Source: Phoronis australis
Lineage: Eukaryota; Animalia; Phoronida
NCBI GenBank assembly: GCA_002633005.1
Contig: NMRA01000158.1
Coordinates: forward strand, 560,433 to 624,432
Reading direction: 5' to 3'
DNA: 64,000 nucleotides
A program made the translations under genes and the position numbers. Positions 25,301-38,585 of the stretch are shown here, one piece after another. The notes beneath the pieces are model-generated. The model was not told the DNA's origin and made no database searches. It worked only from the letters and a program-made list of their open reading frames with translations. Numbering within the stretch: position 1 is the stretch's first letter; each line of letters starts with the position of its first letter.

Positions 25301-28300
25301 AGAAATAAATGAAAAATATGGGCGGTGGGTACGAAATAAAAGTGCCTTCCCCCCCCTCCCATACAGATTTTGCTGGAACAGCCCTGACTTAGTTTGCGCC
25401 ACATAGTGGCCATTTTTACTGTTTTCGAGTCTGTATTTTTGCGTCCTCCCCTCTATCAACCAAACCGCTCAATGGATGATTGTGAAAATTGGCATGTATG
25501 TGCTTACTATAAAGAAGACAGCTGACAATGATTTTCAGACGATTTGGACTAGTGGCAGTTTTGTTTTTTTTTTGCACCTATGGCTGTATCTCCTAAACCG
25601 TTCGCAGGATCTTTACGAGATTTAGCAAGTGTATTTATGTGATGTTGACAGCGGACGATGACGACTTTAAGATGATTCTGACTACCGGTATGCCTCTAGT
25701 GGCAATTTAAGTATTTTACATTGACCTCTGTATTTTCATAGGTCTTAAGGTGTATACTTTGTGTTACTTCATGACTATGAAGGAAAAGTTCCAAGTAGAA
25801 ATTTGTTTCTGGCATTCTAATGCTGTGCTAATCTTGTATCTTGGTAAATTTGTTTTTAATTCTATGTTTCTGTGGTGCTTTAAGCAACTGATGTATAAGA
25901 TGTGCTTGTATTATGAAGATCACTCACATTTTGCCCCTAGCCTATTGAGGAGACAATGACCATGCCTTTCCATTTTGCAAAGTACAACATACCACATATA
26001 TGCCCTCTACTGGCCATTTTATGGTACCAATAAACAACCCTAGAAGGATACCGTATACGGTGCAATTGTGGGTGCATTTCAACGCTCTGCGTTGCTCTTG
26101 TTATTGCTTGGGGTCACAAAATGTTTCAACTTGTTGACCATGTGCCCAGTATGCAATCACTAATACTTTTTTGATTCAGTTGACATTGGAGAAGAGAAGC
26201 TTTGATACACTAAGAGAGCGAGGTAAATTCCTATTGCACGGCGATGGTAAAACTATTTGGTTTGACAAAAGCTTCAACATTGTAGTCTTCAGTGACGGTC
26301 GTTATGGTCTCAACTGTGAACACACGTGGGCTGACGCGCCTGTCATCGCGCACATGTCAGAGTATAATATGACAGCCGAGTAAGTTAACTTTGATTGTTT
26401 TTATAAAAACCTTCTCACAGTAACATTTTGGTGTAAGAAATGTTATTGATTATTAATTTTTTAACTTGAAATACAGAAAAAATGTGCTTTTAAGTCATAT
26501 CTTCACAAAACTTGGACAAATTTTTTTCCGTTTGGTTCTAATTTTGCAAATTGGATTGTCCTTATTTGATTAAATTCTTTTGGTTCAGCTGGAACCAACC
26601 TGTGCCAGTTTTACTGTATAATGTTTGTTTGAATATTATTGTTGACAGTGTCCGTTACTTCATAATGCAAGAAAAGCCATGATGAAATCTTAGATACTTC
26701 AGTAACTGTAAACTAGGCTTACTATTATCACTGATTCAAGCTCGTCCATTTAAAAGAATGAAAAAGTGAAGACGAATATCTTGATTTGTTAAGCAATTCT
26801 TATGTTTACACCAGTCTAGCATGTATGGACTTGAAATTGCATGTTATGTGTCGAAGAAAGAGTTGTGGTTTGCTCAGGAATTTAGCTGTCCTCGAGTAGA
26901 TGAGCTGCTTTCTTAGAATGGTCTATCATGACGAAACTTCCTTGTGTGATTTGCTATATATGGGCTTTTGATGTGTTCAGGTCCATTTTGTCAAAAAGGT
27001 TTAAATGCATAGCATTTAGACAAATTTCATTACATAGTCCTGTGTTTTGTTTCTCTTCTTTTGGTGGTGTAATTGATTGAATGTCGGTAGCCTTTGAAGT
27101 TGTTTTAGTTTTCCTGCTCTCCGTCAAATTTACCGCTTTCGGTTTTCACTGAACAGAGTACTAAAGAGAATGAACAAATGGCAATAGTCCGATGTAATGC
27201 CGTTGCCCACATTTTAACAACCAGTTTGAAGTCTGTTATTCATTGGAGAAAACTGGTTCTCAAAATGCGGGCATGTTGTATCCAAGTGTTACCAAACAAA
27301 CTATCACGTATTTAGCAAAGGTCAGATATCCTTGAATCTCACAATCAATAAATTATATTTTTTGCTCTACTTAAAGATACATTGCCTTTCAACTCACTGC
27401 TTTAATTTGAAAGCAAGAAATGTGTTAATTAAGCCCTTCCAAATGGACAGTAATGAACAATTCCTTGCTTTGATATCATGCATTTTAACATTCAGTTGTA
27501 ATGGATTCAAAGATGTCTAATTTTGGAAACGCTGATGAGCCTTATGAATTTCTGAAGAGCTTTTTGACTGGAGATCCTGTGTGACAATGAAAATAAAGTC
27601 CTGTCATGGTAAGGCAGTTTTTGAAATACCATATAATTGGGGGTTCGTAGTCAAATTTTGTTGTTGCCTTTTGTTCTGCTGAACAGAATGAAATACAGCT
27701 TTAAAGTACGTTTCCTGTTCACCATTATATCTTTCAATAAATCATGCTAATTGTGTGAACAGGGGCTGTGCAGACCTGTTTGACAGTGAAGGTTTCTGCA
27801 AGCCACAAGACAATACAGTACAAAGTGGCCTCACCCAACCAGCCCAGCTGCACTGGGACGTACAGCAAGAGTTGAAAACTGTCATACACACGGCTTTTAA
27901 ATTTAATCGCATGGTATGTAATAAGCATAGATGATATGTGCTGAACGGACAGTAACATTGAAATTCATTGTGAATAGAAAGGTGATTTTGCTTACAGAAC
28001 CATTTTGCTGCAATAATCATAGATATTGACTTTTATATAATGTATAGCAGGGCGGCCATTTTGTTATGTGGAACCGTCGCATTACAGACAGCACAAGCTG
28101 ATGGTCTTAAGACTGTAACTATTCCTTCTGTTGAGAAATATGTTTGTGGTTTGTAATTTATCCAACAACAAGATGGTGCTAAATTGTTGCATTGCGCACA
28201 AGTTTTGTTTTATGCGCCATGCATGGTTTTCAGGAATTACGGAAATGTTGGTTCTTTCCAACTTCGGAAACCACTGAGCAAGCTAAGATCTAGTTAGTGT

Positions 28301-31300
28301 TCCACAGACTAAAATGTTTTGCGAGAAAAGCGAGATCTCGCAAAATCATGCCACGAATATGCTCAAGATTGTGCAAGTCTTAACCTATCAGAATGTCTGA
28401 AACGATTGGTTGGAGAATTTGGAATGTTGAATTATGGTGTGAAATTGATGAAATATGGGTAGAATTCAGTGTTTTTGTTCCATGAGCAAAGGTTTTTTTG
28501 CTGCAAATGCAAGCTAATGTATTAGGTCAAGAGTACACAGCTCAGTTTTGTAGCAGCAAATGGTCTAAATCTATAGGTACTTTCTTTGGTAGAACACTGA
28601 ACATTGACGAAGGACAAAGATGTACCAAATGATCCTCGATCTATGCTGAGAATGTGGTTATTTCACTTTAATAAACTCAATGAACATTTCCCTTTTTTCA
28701 GAACAACGATGATCTTGACCTGTGTATTTGTGAACACGTCGAGTACGGGAAAGGGTTCATTAAAAAATGCAAGGTTTGTTTGTTTTTATGTTGCCGCAGA
28801 TTATAGGAAACAAAATCACAATCCTAGAGATGTACATCATACTGTTCTGAAATTTAGTGACATGTATTTTTCATAATTACTGTAAATTATTGCCTAGTGT
28901 TTGAATGTCAAAGTTATGATATTTCTCGAAGGTGCAAAGTGTCTTATAGGTCAGCCCGGACTCCTTCATACAGTGTGCCTTACAATTGGCTTATTATAAA
29001 GACGCCGGTCAATGTGCTCTCACTTATGAGTCATCCATGACCCGTCTCTACTTGAAGGGACGTACTGAAACTGTGCGCTCATTAACTGCAGAATCACTGG
29101 CATTTGTCAAGTAAGTAATTAATCAACTAAATACTATATTTCTTTTTTTGTTTGTCACACAATATGGCTGACACGTGAAATTCTGTTTCGTCCAATATCT
29201 CCACTAAAATAAAGAATAAAAAAAAAATGTAGTCTATTGACCACCATGGTTTGTATGCTGTCGATGTCATGAAACAACATCAAAGCCATCTGCCTTTGAA
29301 AATTTGGAAAAAAGACAATTTTGACAATTTTTTGTGCGAAATAAGTTGAGAATTATTGGAGGTCAGCTTTAAATGAGCTTTGCATATTGTACACAAGGTT
29401 ACATACCGTACACGTATGGTATTTTGATGCATATTCTACACGAGATTACATTACACGTATGGTATTTTGATTTTCGTAAGGTAATTTCAACATGATGAAT
29501 TCAATTTTGAAATAAAATTGAAGATTCTACTGTGAGGTATACCCTAAGCATCTTATTTTGTTACTTGCAGTTGAAAGACTCACATTTGAAAAGTGCTGCA
29601 TGGGACACTGTCTTATCTGTCATCAATATTTATTTTAATGAGTACATTTTCTTGCAGGTCAATGGTTGAGGATAACCGGACAAAGTCGGAAAAGGTTCGA
29701 CTCCTGCAGAAGGCATGTAACCATCACCAGAACTTGTATCGCGAAGCCATGGGTGGCCTAGGAATTGATCGCCATTTATTTGGACTTTATGTCACATGCA
29801 AAGGGTTGGGATATGTAAGTATCATAGGATGTTCGGGCTTTATGCAACCTGTATTGCCAAGAATGGATGACTTAACTTTTGTTCTTGGGGAAAAAAGTTA
29901 CCTGAAGTAATCCCAATATTTTTTCAGGCAAATTTTTACTTGGAAAGACATTTATAGTGAGACACAAATTTTGCCAAGGTTCTGAGTTGCATCAAATTTC
30001 AGAGGATTGATTCTGGGAAAATATATTCTAGAATTACACAGTCATTTGGTTTAAAATTCTCAGCTAAACTGCTCTTGGCCAGTGGCAGCAATGCAGCCTA
30101 TGAACCGACACTCAGTATTTATTCAGTTAACAAACGTGTCTCCCAGTCAGATGTCTGACAAGGGTATTTTCAGTACCTGCTGAAATAGGCTCGAGAACTT
30201 GTTGGGTTACGCCGTCAAATGAGGAGATCTGTGGAAATAATTCCTGTAAAAAATCCTTCAAAATTTCTGAGATTTTGAAATACATGGGAACGCAACTGAA
30301 GAATGCTTGTGAAACACAAAAAAGTGTGGTTACTGATGATGTAGTTGCATATTGTTTCACCTTGTCTTATGGATTTGTGTGCACCATCTGCGGTTGATCA
30401 TCAAAACTGAAAGACTTGTTTGATTGGGAGATTTACTTTAAAGCAAGCTGGTGTAGACTGTTGGGAGATCAGACTTCGCTCGCGGTGAGAAATAAAGTCC
30501 TTCTGACTTGCACAAAATATCGTGCACCTGTGTCATCAACACCTGATATACTTAAGATCTTATGAACTATGACCTTTTGAATTTAACGTAATTTTGAATC
30601 GATTCACTTTTTTACTGATAAATAAAAATGCTCACTCATTTTTCAGCACATTTGTTTTTGAGTTTCTTGAGCTGTTAGGTGGTGTGTGTTTTGCTATAGT
30701 ACCGTAGGCGGATTTAGGGGGGGGGGCAGGGGGGCCCAGGCTCCCCCCCCCCCCCCNCTTGGCTGCCGCAAGCAAAACTGGAACAGCAACAGCATGAAGC
30801 GCAAAGAAATGTTGAGTAAGCAACTAGGATGCGGAAAAGGGGGTGCCCCATTTTTTTGCCATTTATTTTAGTCCATCGGCCGGTTGATTTCCGAACAGAA
30901 GATTCACATACCCGGCTCCCGCAACTTCGGGCCCATGCTGCACATACAATAGCGCTTTGCCCAATTCCCCGAGACAGCATGTTGGGCCCCCCCTTATGGT
31001 ATCCTAGATCAGTCACTGAGTCCATTAAATTTTTCATCAGCAGTAAAGCAGAAACTTGTGTGGAAACATCTAAATGATTGTGAACCTCTCTCGTGGCCAA
31101 GAATAAGCAACCAGTGCTTTTGTCAAGCTATGAGTCAGTTTATGTTTTACGGTTCACAAGAGGAATTTTTTTGTTAAAACTTGTGAGATCGCAAACGCCA
31201 ACCATTGATATCCGCCATAGGTTCTGAGAACTCGAACAGCAGGGTGAGTGACCTGTTAACGAGAGACATTTGTTTGCACTTATCATGGAAAATAGGAAAA

Positions 31301-32694
31301 ATAACGGAAATAGTAATAATATTTGCACACCCCCAGAAATTGTTTTCAGATAATATCCATGTTCTAATGCACTCCCTTGTATACATTTACTAGCAAGACT
31401 GAGCTCAGGGGAGTAGGAGGGACCCTTGTGCAATGCTCGATTGTGTGCCATTAAAGCCAGGATTTGCGAAAATGGAAATCATATCCTTTAAACTCAGGGG
31501 GAATAAAACACTGTTTTAGAGAGTGAGATTGCCATCTTCCACTCTTGCTTGCACTCCACCTAGTGGTCTTTGTTACAGGAAGATGACTTCCTGCACAATG
31601 TCATGTTCCTACCGTGGACACTGTCAACCAGCCAACAACCTCAGCAACAGATTGCTAACACAGTCAGTGTAGAAGGCAATCTACACAAGGTAGGTCAATC
31701 TATGTCCTGACAGGTACTGTTGTTAGTAATGCAGCAACAGAAATACAAATCTTTTCATTATCAGGACTTTTTGTAACTTTCAAGTATTAAAATGCTTGTT
31801 GGTGAAATTCTCCTTTTTACAAGCCACGATAAAGACAGATTTACGATCAATGTAAAAATCATATACTAATGGCAAAAATCACTGAAGTTGCATTCGAGTG
31901 CGCTGAGATTTATTTGAGTGAAGTGAAATCCAGCATCTTATAGGCAAAGTGTGTGAGCTGGAACAACCATAGCACGGAACATTGTCCTAATTGAGCAAAG
32001 ATCCCACTGGTGGGTCCAACTTATTCAAATTTTACGGGTGGCACAAGCTGGTGATAGCGTAACGTTAGAAGATGGTTACTTTGATGTTTTGTTTGTCAGC
32101 CATAACTCAGCTCTGCCCTTTTACTTCATTGTAGCACGGTCTTCTACGATAGAAGTCCAGGATTATGATATTCAGTTTTAGTGGGACATGTTCTTTATAG
32201 AAACTTTCTTGTGAAGAAAGCCAGGTGACACAATGCCACGTTAAATTATGCAAGGGAAGGGCAGCTGTTTGGCTAGTCAGCATATTAGTGTAGTATGGCC
32301 AAATCACCACCAGTTATAAGATTGGTCAGCTGGGCCGGAATTTTCAATCATGGGAGAAAATTCAGTTTCCCTTTCATAAGTGTAAATTCTTGCCTCAAGT
32401 GTCTCTAGATTGTCTTGTGTTGTGTAACATAGGCCAGATAACTCTGTGTTATGATTCAACTTTTAAGATTTTTAGTTCTGACTTCTTTTTTCTTTTGCAT
32501 TTTAGACATGCCCTGGAGGTGGCTTTGGTCCAGTATCTGACGACGGTTACGGCGTCTCCTACATGATTATTGGTGAAACGAAGATTGTATTCCATGTGTC
32601 AAGCAAGCACTCAGCAGCTGCTACCAACTCAGAGAGATTTATGGACTATATCTTTGAGAGTTTTCGTGATATGAAAGAATTGTTTGAGAACTAA
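13195..32694 (+). CDS. CPT1: Carnitine O-palmitoyltransferase 1-like gene, 16 coding exons, 2310 nt, 769 aa
   Basis: All exons join in phase at GT-AG sites. Family motifs: [10 protein letters not shown]-terminus, two hydrophobic segments, [35 protein letters not shown], catalytic [72 protein letters not shown]. Confidence 0.96.
15829..15983 (+). CDS. CPT1: CPT1-like exon 2 (TM1)
   Basis: ttttttag acceptor; [23 protein letters not shown]...; donor GTATGT. Confidence 0.88.
17375..17497 (+). CDS. CPT1: CPT1-like exon 3 (TM2)
   Basis: [40 protein letters not shown]; donor GTAAGT. Confidence 0.92.
18270..18552. mobile_element. MITE family X (TTCATGAAA...CTTAAG.CAGAAATTTG termini), copy 1
   Basis: Inverted termini; homologous to 36072-36347 and 63060-63335. 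Confidence 0.65.
18572..18789 (+). CDS. CPT1: CPT1-like exon 4
   Basis: EAPKTQTW...[21 protein letters not shown]...QQSK. Confidence 0.93.
19205..19290 (+). CDS. CPT1: CPT1-like exon 5
   Basis: [28 protein letters not shown]; donor GTGAGT. Confidence 0.93.
19630..20090 (+). repeat. Dispersed repeat, homologous to about 47930-48440 and partly 22860-23210
   Basis: Shared blocks AGAAATG.CTGATC.GATT, GACACGGTCA.GTG.CCCAATTAAT, AAGGTCCTAC. Confidence 0.6.
20272..20376 (+). CDS. CPT1: CPT1-like exon 6
   Basis: [34 protein letters not shown]. Confidence 0.93.
21181..21367 (+). CDS. CPT1: CPT1-like exon 7
   Basis: AASVIYQF...[28 protein letters not shown]. Confidence 0.93.
22629..22694. repeat. 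(CTA/CCA)n microsatellite abutting the CPT1 exon 8 acceptor
   Basis: CTACCACTACCA...CTACTACTA seen directly. Confidence 0.9.
22701..22830 (+). CDS. CPT1: CPT1-like exon 8
   Basis: [16 protein letters not shown]...[12 protein letters not shown]; alternative in-frame acceptor possible at 22617. Confidence 0.88.
23916..24055 (+). CDS. CPT1: CPT1-like exon 9
   Basis: [38 protein letters not shown]; donor GTAAGT. Confidence 0.9.
24329..26102 (+). mobile_element. HINE/DINE-1-like element in CPT1 intron 9
   Basis: (CCGT)n near the start; 3' end GTGGGTGCATTTCAACGCTCTGCGTTGCTCTTGTT matches the reverse complement of 8889-8925. Confidence 0.78.
24635..25384. mobile_element. PIF/Harbinger-type MITE nested in the HINE
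   Basis: TIRs GGGCTGTTCCAG(T/C)AAAATC.GT.TGGGAGGG; 3-bp TSD TGA. Confidence 0.85.
26180..26379 (+). CDS. CPT1: CPT1-like exon 10 (catalytic His)
   Basis: [42 protein letters not shown]. Confidence 0.95.
27763..27913 (+). CDS. CPT1: CPT1-like exon 11
   Basis: [14 protein letters not shown]...[17 protein letters not shown]; phases fit both neighbours. Confidence 0.88.
28702..28773 (+). CDS. CPT1: CPT1-like exon 12
   Basis: [24 protein letters not shown]. Confidence 0.93.
28950..29110 (+). CDS. CPT1: CPT1-like exon 13
   Basis: [20 protein letters not shown]...[20 protein letters not shown]. Confidence 0.95.
29658..29814 (+). CDS. CPT1: CPT1-like exon 14
   Basis: [31 protein letters not shown]. 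Confidence 0.95.
30703..31018. mobile_element. GC-rich MITE related to 6340-6489, in CPT1 intron 14
   Basis: CGTAGGCGGATTTAGG ... CCTAGATCAGTCACTG, G/C runs, flanks AGTAC/AGTCC. Confidence 0.7.
31579..31689 (+). CDS. CPT1: CPT1-like exon 15
   Basis: [24 protein letters not shown]. Confidence 0.93.
32506..32694 (+). CDS. CPT1: CPT1-like exon 16 (terminal)
   Basis: [22 protein letters not shown]...FHVSSK...LFEN, stop TAA. Confidence 0.95.
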   Translation, partial: TCPGGGFGPVSDDGYGVSYMIIGETKIVFHVSSKHSAAATNSERFMDYIFESFRDMKELFEN

Positions 32695-34097
32695 ATGATA
32701 TATCCTCAGTGTGGGGTATTCACTTTTTTGAGAAACTTTACCATTCAAAGTATTTTGCAAAGTATTTCAGGTAACGAGAGGCATAACCATTTTTGAGTAG
32801 ATCAAGTTTACAAAAGAAAATTAAGTGAAAATTTAAGAAATTTATTTGTGGTTATGCGATGGGTTATATTAACTCCATTTTTTAAATATTTCGAACTAAA
32901 TTTTAAGTATGCATATTGCCTTACCCCTTTAAGAAAGTGTTATCATTAAGCGAAACAGTATTTTATGTGTCTGGACAGATTTTCCATAGGAAACTGTAAG
33001 AACACTCTGGCTATTAATACTTCATGCACCATATAGTATTACATGTTCATTGATCACATTTTGGTTTTATCTTTTCTGTTTTGGTAGTTTTTCCACATTT
33101 GGTTTCAGTGATTTTCAAATCATCATATTAACAAAATTTGATGACATTCTTACATACAGTATTTGGGAACAGTGCAGTTTTTTATTTGCTTTTCAACTAA
33201 TTCTAACAGTAGCGCGCCCCGTGGGACCCTTGGAGTTTCTCTTTACCTCTGTGTTGTGTCAATTATTTTCAGAATGGATTGGTGAAGCACAATGCTATTT
33301 TACGTATGTTATTATCGGACTACTCCTGAGATGTCTTCTCCTTGTCAGTAGCTCTTCCTGTTATGGGACTATTCCAGTTTTGGCACTGTGTTGCCTCTTG
33401 TCAATTGTTATTGATTTCACAAAATCTTTGTGTTAGTGGGAATTGACCGGTTTCTTTCAGTTTCCAGTACATTCCAACTGTGACAGCGCTCCAACTTGAT
33501 TTTCATCATTTTCAGATCTGCTTAATGGAACTGCAGTAAAATATCCAGTTCAGGACACAATATTGCCAACAAGTGAAATTTTATTTTTTATCATTTTACG
33601 TTGAAAAATATGCAGTACGAAGGGCTTTTCAATCTTAAAGTTTTGTAACACAGGTTTTGAAATATTGTGGTCATTCACGTCAATTTTAGATGCTCTTAAC
33701 AGGGTCATTTTGCCAATTCTTTTATGCAAAATTGATGAATTTTAAAGTAACAAATTTTGGGCATCAGACGCTAGGATCTAAGTTTCTTTGTTGCTTTAGA
33801 ATGCAGCACATAGCTATGGGTGCATACCAACACTTTGTAATGCTCGTCAGTTCAGTGGGCTTTTGACTCGTGTGATCATTTTCATTAAATCTTTTGTGAA
33901 ACTGGAACTGTATTTTAGATGTGAGTGTATATACAACTTTTTACACCAAAAACCAACGCATAACTGATTTGTGTGTTGTTAAATTTATGAGCAAGAACTG
34001 TCATATCGTATTTATTTGACAACTATATTATGTCAGATTAGTTCAAATAAGTCTGTTTTAGAAACTCGAACTAGACAATGTACTTATAAGTGCCGGT

Positions 34098-34103
34098 AAT
34101 AAA
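34098..34103 (+). terminator. Candidate polyadenylation signal of CPT1-like gene
   Basis: AATAAA about 1.4 kb after the stop, followed by T-rich sequence. Confidence 0.35.
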
Positions 34104-34750
34104 ATGTTGCCTCACTTTTTTTGCAAGTAACTTATTATTTCACAATTGTCTACATATGTGTGCATAGTTTGCATTTGGACTGAAGGTGACATGAGACTGT
34201 GTTCAGAGATTTTTCAATGCAAATCAGTTAACTGATAGTCTATTGTGATAAAGTACATAGTGTAGTGTTATAACTAAGGTTTATTAGTTAAGTTGACAAT
34301 GCATTTGATTATGTAACTATTGGTCAACAGCACTGGAGTGCAGAATTTATAGGTGATAAGGTATAAACAGCTGGGTTGGATCTGACCTTGGCAAGTATTA
34401 CTGTACGCGTAATTCCATCACAAAATTCCTAGGAGCCTTCCAGCTGTCAATCAAGAAAATGCTCATGTGTAATTGGGTGATGTGCTGTTTTTTTGTGTTG
34501 TTTCCACCAAGAATCGTCATTTTGTGTTGGTATCCAGTGACATGTAGTGATGCAACCACATGTCTCAGTTGGGTGCATCCTGGATGGAGAAATAGGTTTT
34601 TTACCATTCTGTACAACTTTATGGTAGAATCTTGCGAATTTTGGACAAAATCAACAGCCAAATTTGTTTTTTCATTTTGAAGGCTTCTATTTTTACAATA
34701 GGTAGTTCAGTAGTAGCTATGGAACGGACCTTCTTGAACACAGAAAAGCA

Positions 34751-35648
34751 TTTTTCTGAACCCACATATGCATATTTGGGTGCACATTGCCATCTCCATC
34801 TGGGCGCACAGCATCCATTACTGTGTCTCCTAACCCCTTGGCAGGATCTTCATGAACTTTGGCATACGTGTTCCTTTGAAGCTGTAACAATGGAAGACTT
34901 TTGGACTGTGCCAAGCACCGCTCTGTCAATTTTAGTTTTTTGTATCCACCAAGTTCTTAGACATCTTTTTATGCAATGTAACAGAAAGGTTTCCAATATT
35001 TCAGACATATTCAACATTAATTTTTTGCCCTCTAGTGGACATATTATTATTTTTGTTTTTAGCGTGCACCTCTCTATCCACCAAACTGCTCAAAGGATCG
35101 TGGTGTAAACTTTGGCAGATGTGTTTCTATTGAGACCACGACAATTTTGGGACGGGTTTGACTGCTGTGGCAGCACCTAATGTCTATTTCTTGTGTCGAT
35201 GGCTGTATCTCCTTAACCCTTTCAGCAAATTTGACAAGGGTACTCCTGTGAATGTGATAAATGACGACTTTCGGCGGATCTCACTAGCATTAGGACCCCT
35301 AGAGACACTAATAGGTTTTCGCATTCTTCCCTTTAGCTTCAGAGTTCCTTGACGGAATTTCATGAAATTTAGGAAATAGGTTTCTGTTAAGGAGGCAATG
35401 ATGCTTTCCCATGTTGGCATGGAATTGTTGCATTCTGTGCCACCTAGTGGCCATTCCTATTACTTTTAAAGTCCGTTTTTTGGCATCCGGCTCTATATGC
35501 TAAACTGCTTTAAGGATCAATATGAAACTTGGCTGATGTGTTTCTTCGAAGAGCAGGACTGATGTCCATTTTCGGAAGGGTTTGACTATTGTTGCACTCC
35601 GTAGTAACATACCCTTTGCTATTCAGAAGTGCATTGTGGGTAGCACAA
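34751..35648 (+). mobile_element. Older HINE-like copy downstream of CPT1
   Basis: Degenerate 5' inverted repeat, same internal blocks (GCCACCTAGTGGCC, GGCTGTATCTCCTTAACCC), ends GTGCATTGTGGG. Confidence 0.65.
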
Positions 35649-36071
35649 ATCTATGGATTCGTGTGTAAAACAAATTTCATTTCTTCCATCGTGTTTTTTT
35701 TTACAAGTCGTGAAGATTAAGGAATTACATCTTTCTCCATTTCACTGGTGGTCGCATTTTCACAACTTCAACGCAGCGATATACCATGGTTTGAATCAGA
35801 ATTTTAAGTTTGTATACATTTAGAACTCGTATTATAAGTTTGTGAAGAAAAATACCTTGTTTTATGTGTTGACTTGAAAGAATTAACATATTCACACACA
35901 CACACACACAGATTTGATCACCAGGCTTCATTTACTTCCAAAAATTTACAAATTAAAACAGTTAAAGCCACAAACAGTGCCCACACATTTACTTAACATA
36001 CTGAGCTTTCATTGTAATTTTACTCAATAATACTAGGGCAAATGAAGTTCATGGATTTATTTGGCAGTCAG

Positions 36072-36347
36072 GAGTCTACTTCATGAAAAATGTCTTAAGA
36101 CATCAGAAATTTTGTCTTGTGCTTCACACAGCTATTTCAGAAAAGTAATTAAATCTCACTTGAGCGAAGGTGCGAAGTCTCTGAGCAAATACAAACATAG
36201 CTGCTAGTTACTGCGGTAATTTTCATAAATTATTTCTAGACAGCGATGTGCTTGCAGATACTTAGCTAAACCTTTTTTCAGCAATTGTGAAATGGGAGCG
36301 CAAGATCAAATTTCTATTTTAAGTCTCAAGTTCATGAAACAGCTCCT
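36072..36347. mobile_element. MITE family X, copy 2
   Basis: CTTCATGAAAAATGTCTTAAGACATCAGAAATTT ... AAGTTCATGAAACAGCTCC. Confidence 0.6.
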
Positions 36348-37955
36348 ATGTTAGCCCATGCATAAGATTCGCCGATGCAAAAGATTATCTTTTGCGAACT
36401 TGACTAATTCTAGTTCTTGGGCATTTTTACTCAACTGAAGTATTCCTGTATGGGACTTAAAATTACACGTAAAACAAGTATCACATGATTGACCAAGAAG
36501 ACTGATTTGCCAAAAATTATACAATTTTAACTATTTGTACTGTTTAGAACAACTTCGTTTAAAGAAATCAACACCAAAGGTAATAATCACACTAAATTCC
36601 AACACTCAAGACACTTGCAATAAGCAACTGGATTATCGTTAAAACCTCCAGATACTTCTGCAAATGTTCACACCAATAACAAAACACCCTGAGACAACCA
36701 AAAAAATCTTTATGAAATGTATTTAGACAAACTCCGATATCAGGCTCAGATCCAAGATGTTAATCCACAGAAAGGCAACAAATGGTCGAACATAGCGCTT
36801 ATAATGGGTCAACTGGAGTGATATGAAAGAGGTGAAGTGGTCCTGACTACTTGTACCTCTGGATCCATGCCTGAATATTTACGTGAACCACTACGACAGA
36901 ACTGTATTCAAGTGCTGAAAAACTACTTTGAAAAAATCCAACTATTGCTAAACCATGTCTTGATTGTACTGCTCGTCACCATAGCCCTTCAAAATCACGC
37001 CCCTACTCCAAAAAGCATTGTTCACTATTCAATTAAAGTTATGTATGACCCTGTTGACAAGTGTGTACATTCATCTGCATTAGAGAAGATATTGAAACTC
37101 AAAGTGTGCATGAAACACGAGACATCAACACACAGGTTACGCAAGGTTCTCCTCAAATGATTCGCCATATCGATTCCACTGGTACCACATTCATGTTATT
37201 CTTTGCGAGCCATATGTTTTTGAAGGACTCAAACACTGGGTCAATTTCAATGCTTCAAAAAGAATGTTTGGATATTTGTTTCATATAAAGACAAATTCAT
37301 GAAATCCTAACACAGAAAATAGGTAGAAATAATGTTTTAGTGAAGCCAAGCAAGGTTGATTTGTAACATGAGCCGACAAAAAATCCGAAGAGGAAATCCA
37401 CTCTCAGCACAATGCTGCACCCAGTCTCACAATAGAAAACTGGGTCAAAGTTTATTGTGCTCAAAATCAAAGAAACCAGGGCGCCTATGTCCATTGGGTG
37501 GGTTTTCAAATTTGCCATATTCGGCTAAAGCAAGTATCTGCAGAACTATAGAATTTAAATATTTTCTGAAAGCCTGTAGAATTTTTTTAATTAATGATAT
37601 AAATCTGCTGTTGACTACCCAAAACAGGAATGAACAATCAGCAAATCAAAGATATCAATAACATGACCCAATTTCGTTAGACAAATATGTTCAAAAATGT
37701 CGTCACGGTTTTCTAAGTTATTGTTTCCTTTTTTTGCAAATGGTCATTTTTTCATTAAAATAACCAAAGCCATATTTTTCATAGCCCTCATGCATAGGTG
37801 TACCATTTCAAAAACAATTCTTATCACTTTGAAGAACAGAGCATAAACGATAGTATCTGAAAGTTTCATAAGAATCTAATGGGCCATTCCTGAGATATGA
37901 CATTCCGAATTAGCTAAATTAGTGCATTTTTTTAGGGTAGGATCCTACGTAACTT

Positions 37956-38390
37956 TAAAGCAGAATGTTACCTTTTTGAAGACATTTTGGTCAATTAAGC
38001 ATTTTTAAATATACTCTGAAAGGTGTTTTGAACATTTTTTGTCAATTCTAATGAAAACGAAATTAACACTTTTTCAAACTGTTTGAGAGACCCTGATTAA
38101 GTCGCACAATGCAAAAACTGCACATCTGAGAGGCTAAATCACTACTGTTTCAGTTTCCTTGTTTCTGGCTTCAGGCTGAGACGAGAAATTGGTGGTTATT
38201 CAAAATGGAAATGTGAGTGAATACAGCTTGTTCAGAGTGACCGTCATTCCATTTCAGGGTTACATATCAAGTGTGAGGAATTGTTATTTCGTTAAATTTC
38301 ATTTTTATTAAAATCTACTAAAAAGGTTCAAAATACTTTAAAATATGCCAAATAGACCAGAAATGTCTTATAAAGGGAGTCTCCATTTAA
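37956..38390. mobile_element. TTAA-flanked (Kolobok-type) MITE
   Basis: Long imperfect TIRs CCTTTTTGAAGACATTTTGGTC / GACCAGAAATGTCTTATAAAGG with TTAA at both ends. Confidence 0.6.
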
Positions 38391-38585
38391 CTACGTCTGT
38401 TCTACACACAGAAAACAGTATACAGACATTGACAGCTACTCAACTAAGAGTAATTCGGTGGGAGGTGCACCAACTTTAAATGGCTTTAAACAAACACACA
38501 ACATATACTTTTACTAAAATAAATTTAACAGCAGCGTCACAGAAATACAAATTTCTAATCTAATAACCAAGTAAATATTAAAATA

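Noticed and set aside
30714-31100. GC-rich ORFs in CPT1 intron 14
   Set aside because: Fall within a MITE with G/C homopolymer runs and an ambiguous base
33050-33436. 128-aa hydrophobic ORF after CPT1
   Set aside because: Non-ATG start, T-rich 3' UTR composition explains the hydrophobicity, no motif
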